A stretch of 64,000 nt of DNA from positions 29,636,001-29,700,000 of the forward strand of contig CM069155.1 of the NCBI GenBank assembly GCA_035221665.1, written 5' to 3'. The notes under the pieces were generated by a model that saw nothing but the letters and a program-made list of their open reading frames with translations, searched no databases and was not told the origin of the DNA. Positions 50,023-62,503 of this stretch are shown in pieces. This DNA is from Okamejei kenojei (taxonomy: Eukaryota). The translations under genes and the position numbers were made by a program. The stretch's first letter is position 1. The number at the start of each line of letters is the position of its first letter.

Positions 50023-51348
50023 CATAGAAACATAGAAACATAGAAAATAGGTGCAGGGGTAGGCCATTCGGCCCTTCGAGCCGACTCAGTATCCTGTACC
50101 TGCCTTCTCTCCATACCCCCTGCCTGATCCCTTTAGCCGCAAGGGCGACATCTAACTCCCTCTTAAATATATCCAATGAACTGGCCTCAACTACTTTCTG
50201 TGGCAGATAATTCCACACACTTCACCACTTTGTGTGAAAAAAAAATCTCATCTCGGTCCCAAAAGACTCCCCCCTTATCCTTAAGCTGTGACTCCTTGTT
50301 CTGGACTTCCCCAACATCGGGAACAATCTTCCTGCATCTAGCCTGTCCAACCCCTTAAGAATTTTGTAAGTTTCTAGATCATCCCCCTACAATCTTCTAA
50401 ATTCTAGCGAGTACAAGCCGCGTCTATCCAGTCTTTCTCATTATGAAAGTCCTGCCATCACAGGAATCAGTTTGGTGAACCTTTTCTGTACTCCCTCTAT
50501 GGCAAGAATGTCTTTCTTCAGGTTAGGAGACCAAAACTGTACGCAATACTCCAGGTGTGGTCTCACTAAGGCCCTGTATAACTGCAGTGGAACCTCCCTG
50601 CTCCTATACTCAAATCATTTACTATGAATGCTAACATACCATTCGCTTTCTTCACCGCCTGCTGCACCTGCATGCTTACTTTCAATGACTGGTGTACCAT
50701 GACACCCAGGTCTCGTTGCATCTCCCCTTTTCCTAATCGGCCACAATTCAGATAGTAGTCAACTTTCCTGTTCTTGCCACCAAAGTGGATAACCTCACAT
50801 TTATCCACATTCTACTGCATCTGCCATGCATTTGCCCATTCACGCAGCCTATCCAAGCCCTTGCAGCCTCCTAGCATCCTCCTCACACCTAACACTACCC
50901 CCCAGCTTCGTGTCATCCGCAAGCTTGGAGATGTTGCATTCAATTCCCTCGTCCAAATCATTAATATATATTGTAAATATCTGGGGTCCCACAACTGAGC
51001 CTTGCGCTGCCCCACCAGTCACTGCCTGCCATTCTGAAAAGGACCCGTTTACTCCTACTCTTTGCTTCCTGTCTGCCAGCCAGTTCTCTATCCACATCAA
51101 TACTGAACTTCCAATACCGTGTGCTTTAAGTTTGCACATTAATCTCTAATGTGGGACCTTGTCGAAAGCCTTCAAAAATTCCAGATATAACACATCCACA
51201 TGTTCTCCCTTATCCACTCTACTAGTTACATCCTCGCAAAATGCTATAAGATTCGTTAGACATGATTTACTTTTCAAAAATCCATGCTGACTTTGTCCAA
51301 TGATTTCACTACTTTCCAAATGTGCTGCTATCCCATCTTTAATTACTG
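50023..51348 (-). mobile_element. CR1 3' portion
   Basis: QHGFLKSKSCLTNL, KAFDKVPH, LADDTKLGG; (catagaaa)n tail at the left end. Same subfamily as 35487-36637. Confidence 0.92.
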
Positions 51349-52027
51349 ATAGATGCATACATGTGAATGAGTTTGAATTGCAGCTAGTTGGACATGTGCT
51401 AGGGATGAATACAGACAGACGGCTGTGAGATAATAAGGAAGGCGTGAAATGTTGAGCCAGAGGAAGGAACAGCGGTGGATGGGGGCAAGGAGAGGAAGGG
51501 GAGGCGGGATAGAGGGTGAAATTAGCGTGAATTCAGGTGGAGCATAGCAACCGGGTGGGTGGTAGAGGGAGGGGGGTTTGGTGACGGGGGCGGGGGATGG
51601 GGTATGTGTATGGAGGAACTGCCGATGCTGGTTTAAACCGAAAACAATCACAACAAGAAGTAACTCAGGGGTCGGGCAGCATCTCTGGAGAAGAAAAATA
51701 GAGGACGCTTCCGTTCGAGACCCTTCTTCAGACTGACATTCAGGGAAAAGGGTAACTTATATTTGGATAATTCAATGTTCATACAGTTGAGTTGGTAAGC
51801 ACCAACGAGAAATGTAAGATGTTCTTCCTCTATTATGCGTATGGCCTCACTCTTGCAATGGAGGAGTCTCAGGACTGATAGAAAGGCATAGGAATGAGAA
51901 TATGACCCATCTGGGTGTACACCCATTTCTCCCACTATTCCATGTGCCCCGAAGATGCTGCCTCACCAGCTGAGTTACTGCATCACTTACTTTTTATGCA
52001 AACCAGCATGTGCTGTTCATTGTCATC

Positions 52028-52348
52028 AGTTGCCAACGGGAAGAAGGTATAGGAGCTTGAAATCTGGAAAATCCAGGTTCAAGTACAACTTATTCCCCAC
52101 AACCATCAGGCTATTAAACTCGCCATCAAACAAACTCTGAACAATAACAGCCTATTGCACTTTATCTGTTTATGTATTGTATATATATAAATATATATAT
52201 ATATATGGTCTATGGTATATAAGGCACACTGAACTTTTATCTCCTGTTCCATATTATGTTTACATATTTTATTGTGCTGCAGCAAGCAAGAATTTCATTG
52301 TACTATCTGGGACACATGACAATAAAACTCGCTTGACTCTTGACTCTT
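52028..52348 (+). mobile_element. Rex1/Babar-type LINE 3' end
   Basis: LPTGRRYRSLKSGKSRFKYNLFPTTIRLLN (consensus LPSGRRYRS..RF..SFFP.AIRLLN), then AATAAA and a (cttgact)n tail. Confidence 0.75.
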
Positions 52349-52499
52349 GTGTATGTAATTAGATAATACCTGTCACAATTGCTTGCTGCCAGCAAATAGT
52401 GAACCAACACTTTAAGAAGGTGAGGACATCAGAACGGGGTAGCGAGAGGTCAAAGCTGTCTAAATAGCTCTGCAGGCTGTTCAGCACGTCCAGGATATA

Positions 52500-52702
52500 G
52501 CATATGATACGATATGATATAACTTTATTAATCCCAGGAGCGAAAATGATCTGCCAACAGTCATAAAAACACAAAATACATGAAACATGAAATTAAAGTG
52601 ACGAGTAGAAAGGATTGGGGGATATGCAAAGATCGGGGGGGAGGGGGGGAGTTGAAAAGTTTGATAGCCACAGGGAAGAAGAATCTGCTGTGGCGTTCTG
52701 TG
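52500..52702 (-). mobile_element. Second Rex1/Babar-like LINE 3' end
   Basis: Minus strand reads FFPVAIKL, then aataaagt and an (atcgt/atcat)n tail. The same tail occurs at about 17200-17245. Confidence 0.6.
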
Positions 52703-54261
52703 GCGTATACGTTCGGAACTATTCACTTTCGCAACTGTTATATCCTTACTCCTTATCGCACACATTTTGTAGTTTCCACACAGACCTTTGTCCAACCATT
52801 TGCCAATCAACCCACCCCGCCTTATCTATATCCACCAATCCTTGCCAGATTCTGTCCCGCCAACAGCCCTCTTCCAACGTAAAGTGGAGATTGACAGGTT
52901 CTTAGAGAATGGAGGTGAGAGGTAAAATAGATCAGCGATTATAGAATAGCGAAGCAGGTTCGATGGACCGAATGGACTAATTCTGCTGCCACGTCTTATG
53001 AATTAATCACCCCCCATCCCCACTACAATCCGAAATTTGAAGAAGGGTCCAGACCCAAAACGTCGCATATCCATGTTCTCTAGATGTGATGGTTCACCCA
53101 CTGATCTACTTCAGCACTTGTGTCTTTTATTTGTAAGGATTTATGCCGGTCGTAAGGATTTGGGAATAACCCCGATTCTGCTTTTGTTTGCACCCATGAT
53201 TCTGATAAACGCTTATCTCTGACAATAGCACGAATTGTGTACCAAGCAATTACTAGATTCTGTATGAATTTTAAAATGCAATAAACATGCATATCTGATT
53301 GACGTAAAGTCTTCAAGATTAGTTTTCAAATCCAATAACCTGCAAACTATCTAAAGCTTCTATGTTAATTAGTCAATTTCCGACGCCCAAATTTGTTTTA
53401 TGTGATTCTTAAAAACAGTAATAACCTTAAGTAAAATTGTATAACATTCATTTGGTTTGGTTCTACTTTCCCTGGCGTATTATGCACCCTCCGGAAACAA
53501 TCATCTGCAGCAAACAAACCACCACGCGTTTTGTGGAGTAGCACTCGGATATTGGAGCCGAGATTCTCAATTATCTTGAGCCGATGCTTCGATCGCTAGA
53601 AATCATGTTCCCTGAATTATTTCCCTCGAAGTTCCTTTTTGTGGAGTAACAAAAATGCATAGGTGAAACTTTGTCATGTTTGTGTCCAGTTCCCATAGTG
53701 ATCAAGGACACCTTTTGGTATTTTTATGTATACAATCTATTTGCCAGATCTGTGTCGTCTTAATTGACCATTGGCTGTCACATCTGGTCTCCTTAAGTAT
53801 CATCAGCACTGATTTCCGGTCAAATTCGAGCCTTCATTAAAGTCATTTAAAGGTATGTAAAAGAGTTCAGGGCACACACCCATACCCGCGACGGAACAGT
53901 TTGCATTACAAACCAGAACCAGACCTGATTATGCCTAGTCTCGGTTACCGGACAGCTGGCTTTCGATTCACCATAGATATGACCTCTGCACCGCGCGCTT
54001 TGATTTTTCTGCAACACGTTGTTGCTCCGGCACGTTATCCTAGAAAATCTGAGTGCATGCACCACTATTCTTATTTTGACAATGCACATCAATTCTTCAA
54101 ACAATTCTAATACATTAGTCAAGCGTAACCTTACGCCAACGTAAAGGACAGCTTTAAGGACTGCATCGGTGCTTTTCATCCTGCACTCAAATTTATTTGG
54201 ACCATCTCCGGCACCTCCCTCCCCTTTCTTGATGTCACAATCTCCATCACAGGAAATAGAC

Positions 54262-54358
54262 CAGTCTGAAGAAGGGTCTCGACCCGAAACGTCGCCTATC
54301 TCATTCGCTCCTTAGATGCTGCTGCACCCGCTGAGTTTCTCCAGCTTTTTGTGTAACC
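54262..54358 (+). mobile_element. 97-bp solo hammerhead mini-element nested in a Penelope ORF
   Basis: Perfect 14-bp TSD CACAGGAAATAGAC at 54248-54261 and 54359-54372. Confidence 0.9.
54266..54293 (+). ncRNA. Minimal type I hammerhead ribozyme motif, consensus copy
   Basis: CUGAAGA-A-[GGGU CUCG ACCC]-GAAA-CG-UC, with a palindromic ACGU helix III and a GUC cleavage triplet. Confidence 0.78.
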
Positions 54359-55649
54359 CACAGGAAATAGACTATTGACTGACGTCTATTACAAACTCAC
54401 TGACTCACACAACTATCTCGACTACATTTCTTCCCAACCTGCTTCCTGCAAAGGCTCTATGCCCTACTCCCTATTCCCCTATCTACGCCGCATCTGCGCC
54501 CAAGATGAGGTATTCTATACCAGGGCATCCGAGATGTCCTCATTCTTTTGAGAACGGTGGTTCCCCTCTTCCATCAAAGATGAGGCTCTGACTGGTGACT
54601 CCTCGGTACCCCGCAGCTCCACCCTTGCTCCCCCTCCCCCTAGCCACAACAGAGACAGAGTCCCGCTAGTCCTTACCTTCCACCCCATCAGCTGTCGCAT
54701 ACAACACATAATGCTCCGATATTTCCACCAGCTCCAACGGGATCCCTCCACTAACCACATTATCCTATCTCCACCGCTTCCACCTTCCGCAGAGACCGTT
54801 CCCTCCGCAACTCCCTGGTTAACTTATCCTTTCCCAGCCAAACCATCCTCTCCCCAGATACCTTACCCTGTAATCGCAGAAGATGCAACACCTGTCCCCT
54901 ATACCTCCTCCCTCGTCTCTGTCGAGGGCCCCCCACAGTCCTTTCAGGTCAGGCAAAGTTTCACTTGCACCTCCTCCAACCTCATCTACTGTATCCGTTG
55001 TTCAAGATGTGGACTCTTATACATCGGTGAGACCAAATGTAGACTGGGTCATCTTTTCACAGAACACTTTCACTCAGCCCGCCTGAACCGACCTGATCTC
55101 CCGATTACCGGACACTTTAATTCTCTTTCCCATTCCTACACAGAACTCTCTGTCCTAGGCCTCCTCCATTGTCAGATTGAGGCTAAACACAAATTGGATG
55201 AACAGCATCTCATAATCCGCTTGGGCAGCTTACAGCCCAGTGGTATGAATATTGATTTATCTCACTTCAGGTAGCCCCGGCATTCCCTATCTCGCTATCC
55301 CTCCCTACCCAAGTCGCACTAGCTTCTCGTATTCACCCGACAAACAGCTAACAATGGAATACATGTTTCCTTTATCATCTTTACTTTTTTGCATATATTT
55401 TATTCATTGTTCTTTATCTCTCCACATCATCTTCTATATCTCTCGTTTCCCCTATCCCTAACCAGAAGAAGGGTCTCGTCCCGAAATTGCAAGTCAGTTA
55501 ATCCAACGTCAGAGGTAGGGGATTTAAAAAGGCTTTCCTTTCCAATTGATGATCAGCATGACTTGTTGGTGGCAGATTTTTGTCTGACGATGTGAAATTT
55601 AAAAACTGATAATTAACATATTCATGAAGGCAGTGGCGTTAACGCCGTT

Positions 55650-56190
55650 TGCCAAAGCTCCAGTAAAACGGATGACAAGATTACATTTCGTAAATTGGTG
55701 CAAAAGATTCGAGCCCATTGTATCCAAGGCAAATGAGCGAATTTGATCTAAATTGGCCTAGGTTTTACGAGGCAGTAGATAATTGTGGGCAATTCCTTTT
55801 GTGAGTGGAAAACATTCGCAAAATGTAAACAACGACCAATGAAGGCTATTTGCTATTTGTTATATGACGTCTATAATTCAGCCGGGAATGTAGGAGGTAT
55901 GATTAATAAGTTGCACGACAAGCGATGGTTGATCCCGAGAGTGTCAGTCTGCAAAATGATATCAATCATCGGGTAAAATGTGAAAGATAATTACATGTGG
56001 AATTTAATTCTGATGATTATGCGGTGATGCATATTGGAATTTTACATAATGGTAGGCTGTATACCATGGATGGTCGGCCCTGTGGCGTTGAAGAACAAAG
56101 GGTTTGCAGTCTACGGTTGGAAAGTTCCATGGACATAGCAGGGCATCTATGAATGTAATAAATAAGGCTTATGAAGTATTGTCTTCATTA
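55650..56190 (+). mobile_element. Old degenerate CR1 fragment
   Basis: Remnants resembling DK..F.KLVQKIRAH and W...FN..; no long ORF. Confidence 0.5.
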
Positions 56191-56276
56191 GCACGTGCAT
56201 AAAATATAAAAGGGTGCACAAAAGACTGGAGAAACTCGTCGGGTGCAGCAGCATCTAAGGAGCGAAGGAGATAGGC

Positions 56277-56304
56277 AACGTTTCGGGCCGAAACCCTTCT
56301 TCAG
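56277..56304 (-). ncRNA. Hammerhead motif on the minus strand within a mini-element (~56212-56305)
   Basis: Reverse complement CTGAAGA-A-GGGTTTCGGCCC-GAAACGTT; helix II is kept through a G-U pair; GUU triplet. Confidence 0.7.
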
Positions 56305-56549
56305 AACCCTTCTACGTGCCCTCCACTCCCGACCCTCATAAAATAAATGATCATCTGGTAGTTCTAAATCTATGTTGAGCCTTACTATCTTACTCCGGCT
56401 ATTATGTTCTGTGTTTTTCATGCCGCTGCTTTGAAGTATGCACGTTCCAGCGCCAGGCGGGGCTTCTTCACGTAATCCTTCATCGTTACTCCTCATAAAA
56501 TAACGATCAAACTTCGAACTGGTAAGTTCTCGTTTAATCTTACTATTAT

Positions 56550-57125
56550 ATAAAAAAAATTAAAAATTTAAAAAAGAAAAAAGATTAAAACAAAGAAAAA
56601 TTATAAAAATTAACAAATAAAAGATTTTTTAAAAAATTATATAATAAAATATAAGGAATACATCTTAACAATGAATGGAGCAATTTCACATGACAATATC
56701 TATAGAGACGTGTATACAGATCCCAGAATACATATTTTCATCTAATCCTACACCAGGGTACTTATTGAGTTACGATGCTGAGCTCAGTTACCCCTTTAAA
56801 TAATCAATGAATGGAGACCATATTTGACAAAAAGTTCGTATTTGTCCATTAGGACAAACCTAATTCTCTCCAAATGCAACGTCTCCGACATTTCCACAGT
56901 CCACATTTTGATTGTGGGGGATAATGTTCCCTTCCAGAATTCTAATATTATTTTTTTTCCAATTATCAAACAGTAATCAAGAACATGTCTTTGACTTACT
57001 GTTAATATTAAGCTTGAATCAGGAACTCCTAATATTATTAGCTTTAGATCGGGGTCCAATTTAGTTTTAAGAACTTCAGAAATGATTCTAAAAATATCAG
57101 CACAATAACTATTAAGTTTTATGCA
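56550..57125 (-). mobile_element. L1 3' fragment
   Basis: ORF 56796-57059(-), DPDLKLIILG...GKKIILEFWKG..PTIKMW..EMSETLHLE, matches the ORF2 C-termini of the two other L1s. Confidence 0.88.
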
Positions 57126-57149
57126 TTATTTCTACGTCTCAATCAACAT

Positions 57150-59510
57150 AGGAGCAGCTGGACATTTTCCAGTCCTCTTGGTGCTCGCCTGTGGCAAGAG
57201 AAGAAGCAAAGATTCTTGTTAAGACCCCTGGAATCGCCTCTCTTGCCTCCACTCAATCAATTGGGATGGATACCAACGGGTGCAGGGGACCTATCCAACC
57301 CAATGTTCCTCAAGAGCCTCACTGCCGTTTTTACAACCTCAATCCCCAGCATATGTGCCCTAGCATACTTGTTTTCTCGGCACTGATCCCACCGTCATCC
57401 ACGTCTTTCTCCTTGGCGAATACAGATGGAAAACACACTCATTTAACAATTCCGCTACATCCTTTATCCTTGATCAAACCTACCGTATCACTTGGCACCC
57501 TTCTTGTTTCTAACATATGTATAAAAAGCCGCAGGATTTTCCTTAACCCAATTCATCAATTACATTTCATGACCAATTTGGCCCTACTATTCACCCGGTT
57601 GACCTCTTTGCTACTTGCCATTCCTCATAATCCCCGTATGAGGCCACTTTGTTAAATCTGACATATGCTTCGGTTTTGTTTCTGGAAAGGTTTATAAACT
57701 CGGTAGTCATTCACGGATCCCTTACCATGATTCATGGATCCTCCTTACTGGAACATGCTGATCCTGTACTTGGGTCAGCTGGCCTTGAAATAATTCCCAT
57801 ATGTTAGCTGTGGACATACTCCATAACAACTGCTCCCAAGCTCCTGACTAATGACATTTTAATCTGTTTTGCTTTGACAACATCCAGACCAATCCTTATT
57901 CATACCAATATTAAACATTGTAAAGTTTTGGTCACTACCCCCAAGTACACTTCCAGCATACCACCAGTCACCTGGCCAAGCTCATTTCCCAACACAAGGT
58001 CCAGTATCGACCCTCCTGGATTCAGACTATCCATACACCGTTCAAGGCAATTTTCTTCGATATACTTCATACATAACCCCCTGGCACTGAACAAAATAAG
58101 TCAATATTGGGGAGTTTGACGATACCCACTGTAATTCATGCATCTGTATGCACATCCGATCCATCTCCCGCTGATTATTGGGTGTCCCATAATATAATCC
58201 CGTTAGAGAGACTGTTCCTTTCTTATTTTTACGCACAACCCATATGCCTCAATAGATGTCCGCTCCAGTATGTCCCCTCTGAGTACCGCCATCTCAAATA
58301 TAGAAGCCCTGATACATGTCTCTCCCACAAGCAGGTTTTCATAATGGCCACGACATTATTATTCCAAACACTGATCTCGACTATCTACGTTCATTTAGCG
58401 TTATCCACAATACTCCTTGCATTGAAGTAAACATTTCATCCCTTACTTGCCCCATAATCATGAATCACTCCCTGCCCATCTTTTCTTTGAGAGTTACTTG
58501 TTATAACCTCCACTTTCTCATCAGCCTTCCCATTTGCAGACTTGCTCCTTTCGTTCCCATTCTCTGTGCATTCTACCTTAAATTCTCCAGATTAGTACGA
58601 GCAAACTTCACTGCAAGGATGTTGGAGCCCCTTCCGTTCAAATGCAACCTGTCCCTCTTGTGCAGGTTGCCTTTGCGGTAAAAGAAATCTCAATGCTCTA
58701 CAATAGGAATCATTTCCCATGCATCAACTCCTCAGCCATGCATTCATATGTCCCATCCTCCTATTGCTACCCTCACTAACACGTGGCAAATGTAGTAATC
58801 AGAGATTTTAACCTTTTACCTAAATCCCAATAGACACTCCGTAGGACCTTATTGTTCTTCGTTATATTTAGCTGATCTCCCTATATTCACTCCACAGTCC
58901 CACATCCCTTCTCCTAACTCTTTTCCCATCTCTTTATACTGACTCTATAGGACCTCATCCAGTTTCCTACATATCATTTGTGCGGACATGCACAACGACT
59001 ACTGTCTGTTAACCCACCAGCACTTCAGTCGTTCCAGGACATCCTAGATCCTTGCACCAGGGAGGCAACAGTCCATCCATGAGCTCTAATTCCTCCTGTC
59101 TGTCTGCCGCACTAATGTGTTATATCACAAGCACTGCCTGACTTCATACCGCTGCACATCAGAAACAGGCCCAGTGCCACAGACCTGACTACAGCTGCTG
59201 TCCCCTGAACGGTTACCCCCTCAACAGTTGCAAAAGAACATAGCTGTTTCACAGGGAAATGCCTACAGGGGATTCCTGAACCCACAGCCTACTCCCTTTG
59301 CTGGTGTTCACTCTTCTATTCTTTGCCCCAATCACAGGTGTGAGCACCTCACGATGACTCCTAACTATGACTTGCTCACTCTCTGGACGAACACGAGGTC
59401 ATCCAATTGCAACTGCAGTTCACTAAAGGGGTCATTCAGCAGCTGCACCTAGCCACGCATCCTGCAGATATAATGTTCAGAGACATTACGGCTTCTTCAA
59501 TTTCCAACAT
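57150..59510 (-). mobile_element. Old, heavily decayed CR1 (ORF1 and endonuclease remnants)
   Basis: Minus-strand GSILDLVLGNELGQVT, GLYYGTPN and a CLPGARI-like segment near 59045-59070. Confidence 0.65.
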
Positions 59511-60044
59511 CCCACAGGCTGACGACACTAGACTCCATCTCTAGGTCACCAAGACCAGGTTGTGCTGCAAAGCAAACATAAAGTGACAGACCAAACCTTA
59601 TCCTAAGGTAACCCTCACAGAAGCCTCTTGAGCTTAAGTCTCAATAAACCAATCTTACTATGGCCGCTCCACTTATGTTTACCTTCATTTTATTGGCAAT
59701 TGTTATTTAACCAAATAAACAAGTGTGACACTTGCCCGCAACTAACGATAGAGAAGGTGAACCAATATTCAAATAAGCATAACTCTGAAAAGAAATATAT
59801 TCTGGACTATAGTAAGTTAATGTGGAAAACAACTTAAGGGATGGTCGAATTTTTTGTTGCTAAAAAAAACAATCAACAGAACAATCAATGGTAAAAATAA
59901 AGGAATATGACTGTGTATGCTACATCAGAGATCAGATCATATGAAATTAAAAATTATTGTAGGAAACCGAAGCTGAGGTTGTTGGCAAACACCCTTACTT
60001 GCAACACGACAGTTGTAGTCCTTACAAATCAGACAATGTGCCTG

Positions 60045-60048
<4 letters not shown>

Positions 60049-60101
<53 letters not shown>

Positions 60102-60149
60102 CCCCTCTCTCGCTCTCTCTCTGTATCTCTCTCTACCTCCCCCTCTCTC
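60049..60149. repeat. (CT)n microsatellite, imperfect toward the 3' end
   Basis: Direct reading. Confidence 0.95.
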
Positions 60150-60474
60150 GTTGTTCTTACCATAATGCTCGCACGTAGAGTTACACTATAGCTCAAGCAG
60201 AAATAATATTCTTAAAACTCCAACAAGACGACTGGAACAGCTCTACTACCCTATCCTCTGTTTTTGGTTCAAAACCAAATGTTCCTTCAATACGCCGAAT
60301 TTTAATCGACATTGATAGCAAGGTGAGCATTAGTATGCACTGGTGAGCTTCTTGAATCAGGGAAGTGTTCTAGCGATAGGACCCAAATACTGCTATTGGA
60401 AAGGGATTTCCAACACATTGGCCCAGCAATCGCAAAGCATAGCAATGTATTTCGCACTCATCACTCTTGCTAGA

Positions 60475-60562
60475 TATAAGGGTCACGATCCGAAACGTCG
60501 CCCATTCCTTCTCTCCATAGATGCTGCCTCACCCGCTGAGTTCCTCCAGCATTTTTGTCTAC
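60475..60562 (+). mobile_element. 5'-truncated solo hammerhead mini-element with TSD
   Basis: 14-bp TSD TCACTCTTGCTAGA at 60461-60474 and 60563-60576; contains aagggtcacgatccgaaacgtc. Confidence 0.88.
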
Positions 60563-61829
60563 TCACTCTTGCTAGACAAGTCACAGCCGATGACGAGTGT
60601 GCATTATGCACACCCTTTGCTCTTATCCTGATCAGGCACGGAGTTGTTGTCCGTGTGTTCGAGGTAAATAATTGGAATGTATTTTGCGTATGGCCAAGAG
60701 AGTCGTCGCTATATATTGTTACTTGGAGGGGATGAATATTTAGAGTGAGAAGAGTATCAAACAGCGGATTATTTTCTTTTGGATGTAGTTCAACTATTGA
60801 TTTTTGTTTGAGCTGCATGAAAACAGGCAGGGAATTGTCCAGTGTATCCAGTTTATCATGATAAAGCGTTCATGTGGAGAGATCGGAGGAGAAATTAGCC
60901 AAGGCAAGGCACATTGGTAATAGGCTATATGGCAATATTTTGAAATTTTCGACATTCTTTTGCCTTTTTTTTTGTTGATAGCTTTGAGCACTGATTCATC
61001 TGGCGTTACTACTCAACATAAAGAGAAAAGAGCGCTGCCGATACAACTAGAGCGATTTAAGTTGCTATATAAAATCTGCGTTCATCAGATCAAATAGATG
61101 GCAACGCTGGATGCGTATAAATATAATTTCAGATGTCGGTTGAAGTTAGACAGAATTTATACCATAGCAATCCAAGCACGTGCAGCCCACGACGTATTTA
61201 ATATATAAAAATCACCAGCAGATCCTTGGTCGATTAAACATATTTCTCATTGTTTCTACTCAATTTAAGTGAATTGCCCGTGCAAAGTCAGTGAACAGTT
61301 GTGCAGCTAGCTAGCATGCTTTCCAGAGTTACAGCGGTTTTGACGGTGCACAATCCGAATTGACACCCAAATTTGCAAATTCGTAAATAATTTAGCAGAC
61401 AATTGATTCTTCGCATTGTGCTTTCAAAGATTTCCTACACACCATCTTCACCAGAATATTTACCATTTTTAAATACAATGTGCAACTAAAAGGGTGAAGG
61501 TACATGTCGCGTACAGTAGGTCGTGCACAGTAGTGCGACACCATTTTGTTCAGCACCTGCTGCAATGTATCCCTTCATTTTTCAAGAGTGAATGAACAGT
61601 CTATAGAAATTAGGTTGAGGTTATTCGATGAATTGAATTTAGGACGCATGCCGTGCAACTGCACAGCAAAAGATTCAGAATATATTACAAAGAATTATTG
61701 TGCATCTCCTTTCAAATGAAACAACATCTTTTGTGTGCTTAAGACCATATTAAATTGGCCCGAGATAAACAACGACTCGACACCAAATCCTTATTTACTC
61801 GAAAGTATGGAAATAACTTGACACAGAAG

Positions 61830-61930
61830 GAATCTGGCAACTTCTGATTGGCGCAACGCGCATTCTGATTTGTCTGTTGACTGGATACATAAGGAACACG
61901 CGGTGACGCCTTGTCACACGGTTCATAAGC
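61830..61930 (+). promoter_or_regulatory. IgL cluster C promoter: CCAAT retained, octamer degenerate
   Basis: GAATCTGGCAACTTCTGATTGGC and AACACGCGGTG are shared with promoter A; the octamer position reads GGATACAT. Confidence 0.7.
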
Positions 61931-61984
61931 GACCGGGAGACAAGCAGTTTACCAGGGGTCCTCCGCTCAATCAATTACTGTACA

Positions 61985-62033
61985 ATGTCTTGTCGGATCT
62001 TGGCACTCTATGCGTTAGCTTTCTCCGCAGTTT
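61985..62033 (+). CDS. IGL: Ig light chain cluster C, leader exon (MSCRILALYALAFSAV)
   Basis: 49 nt, phase 1, GTGAGT donor at 62034. Confidence 0.93.
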
Positions 62034-62158
62034 GTGAGTATTTTACTTCCACCGACATAATATTTAATCTCGAATACGATTAAAAGTTTCTATTGCTGAT
62101 ACTTCTGTTGTTTATCTAATAATAGTTAATGCTCTATATTTTCTGGTTTGTTTTCCAG

Positions 62159-62503
62159 GCATAAATGCGCTAGTTACACTAAATCAGCCACCTTCAATGT
62201 CCACGTCTCCGGGGCAAAACGTGGAAATATCCTGTATCGTGACTGGTGGCAATTTAGGTAGTAATTATGCTTCCTGGTACCAGCAGATTCCCGGAGCGGT
62301 TCCGCGGTTTCTGTTCTACTATTACTCGGGCAGCAGCATTACTAGAGGCTCGGGAGTTTCTGACCGTTTCTCCGGATCAGTGTCAGGCAACACTGCAACA
62401 TTGACAATAGCGAATGTGCAGTCTGCGGACGCTGCGGACTACTACTGTGCTGCGTGGATAAGTGCTTTATTCTTCGGCAAAGGAACGAGGCTGGGTATTG
62501 GCA
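62159..62503 (+). CDS. IGL: Ig light chain cluster C, germline-joined VJ exon (C exon presumably beyond the window)
   Basis: Acceptor ttttccag. Reads ISC, WYQQ, DYYC-AAWISALF-FGKGTRL. GTAAGT donor at 62504. The J-C introns of A and B are 1502 and 2118 bp; only about 1497 bp remain in the window. Confidence 0.97.

Larger units (their letters stand above)
54150..55490 (+). mobile_element. Penelope-like element 3' half with pLTR
   Basis: ORF 54711-55274 has CTSSNLIYCIRCSRCGLLYIGETK and EQHLIIRLGSLQPSGMNID; degenerate hammerhead at about 55463-55487. Confidence 0.92.
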
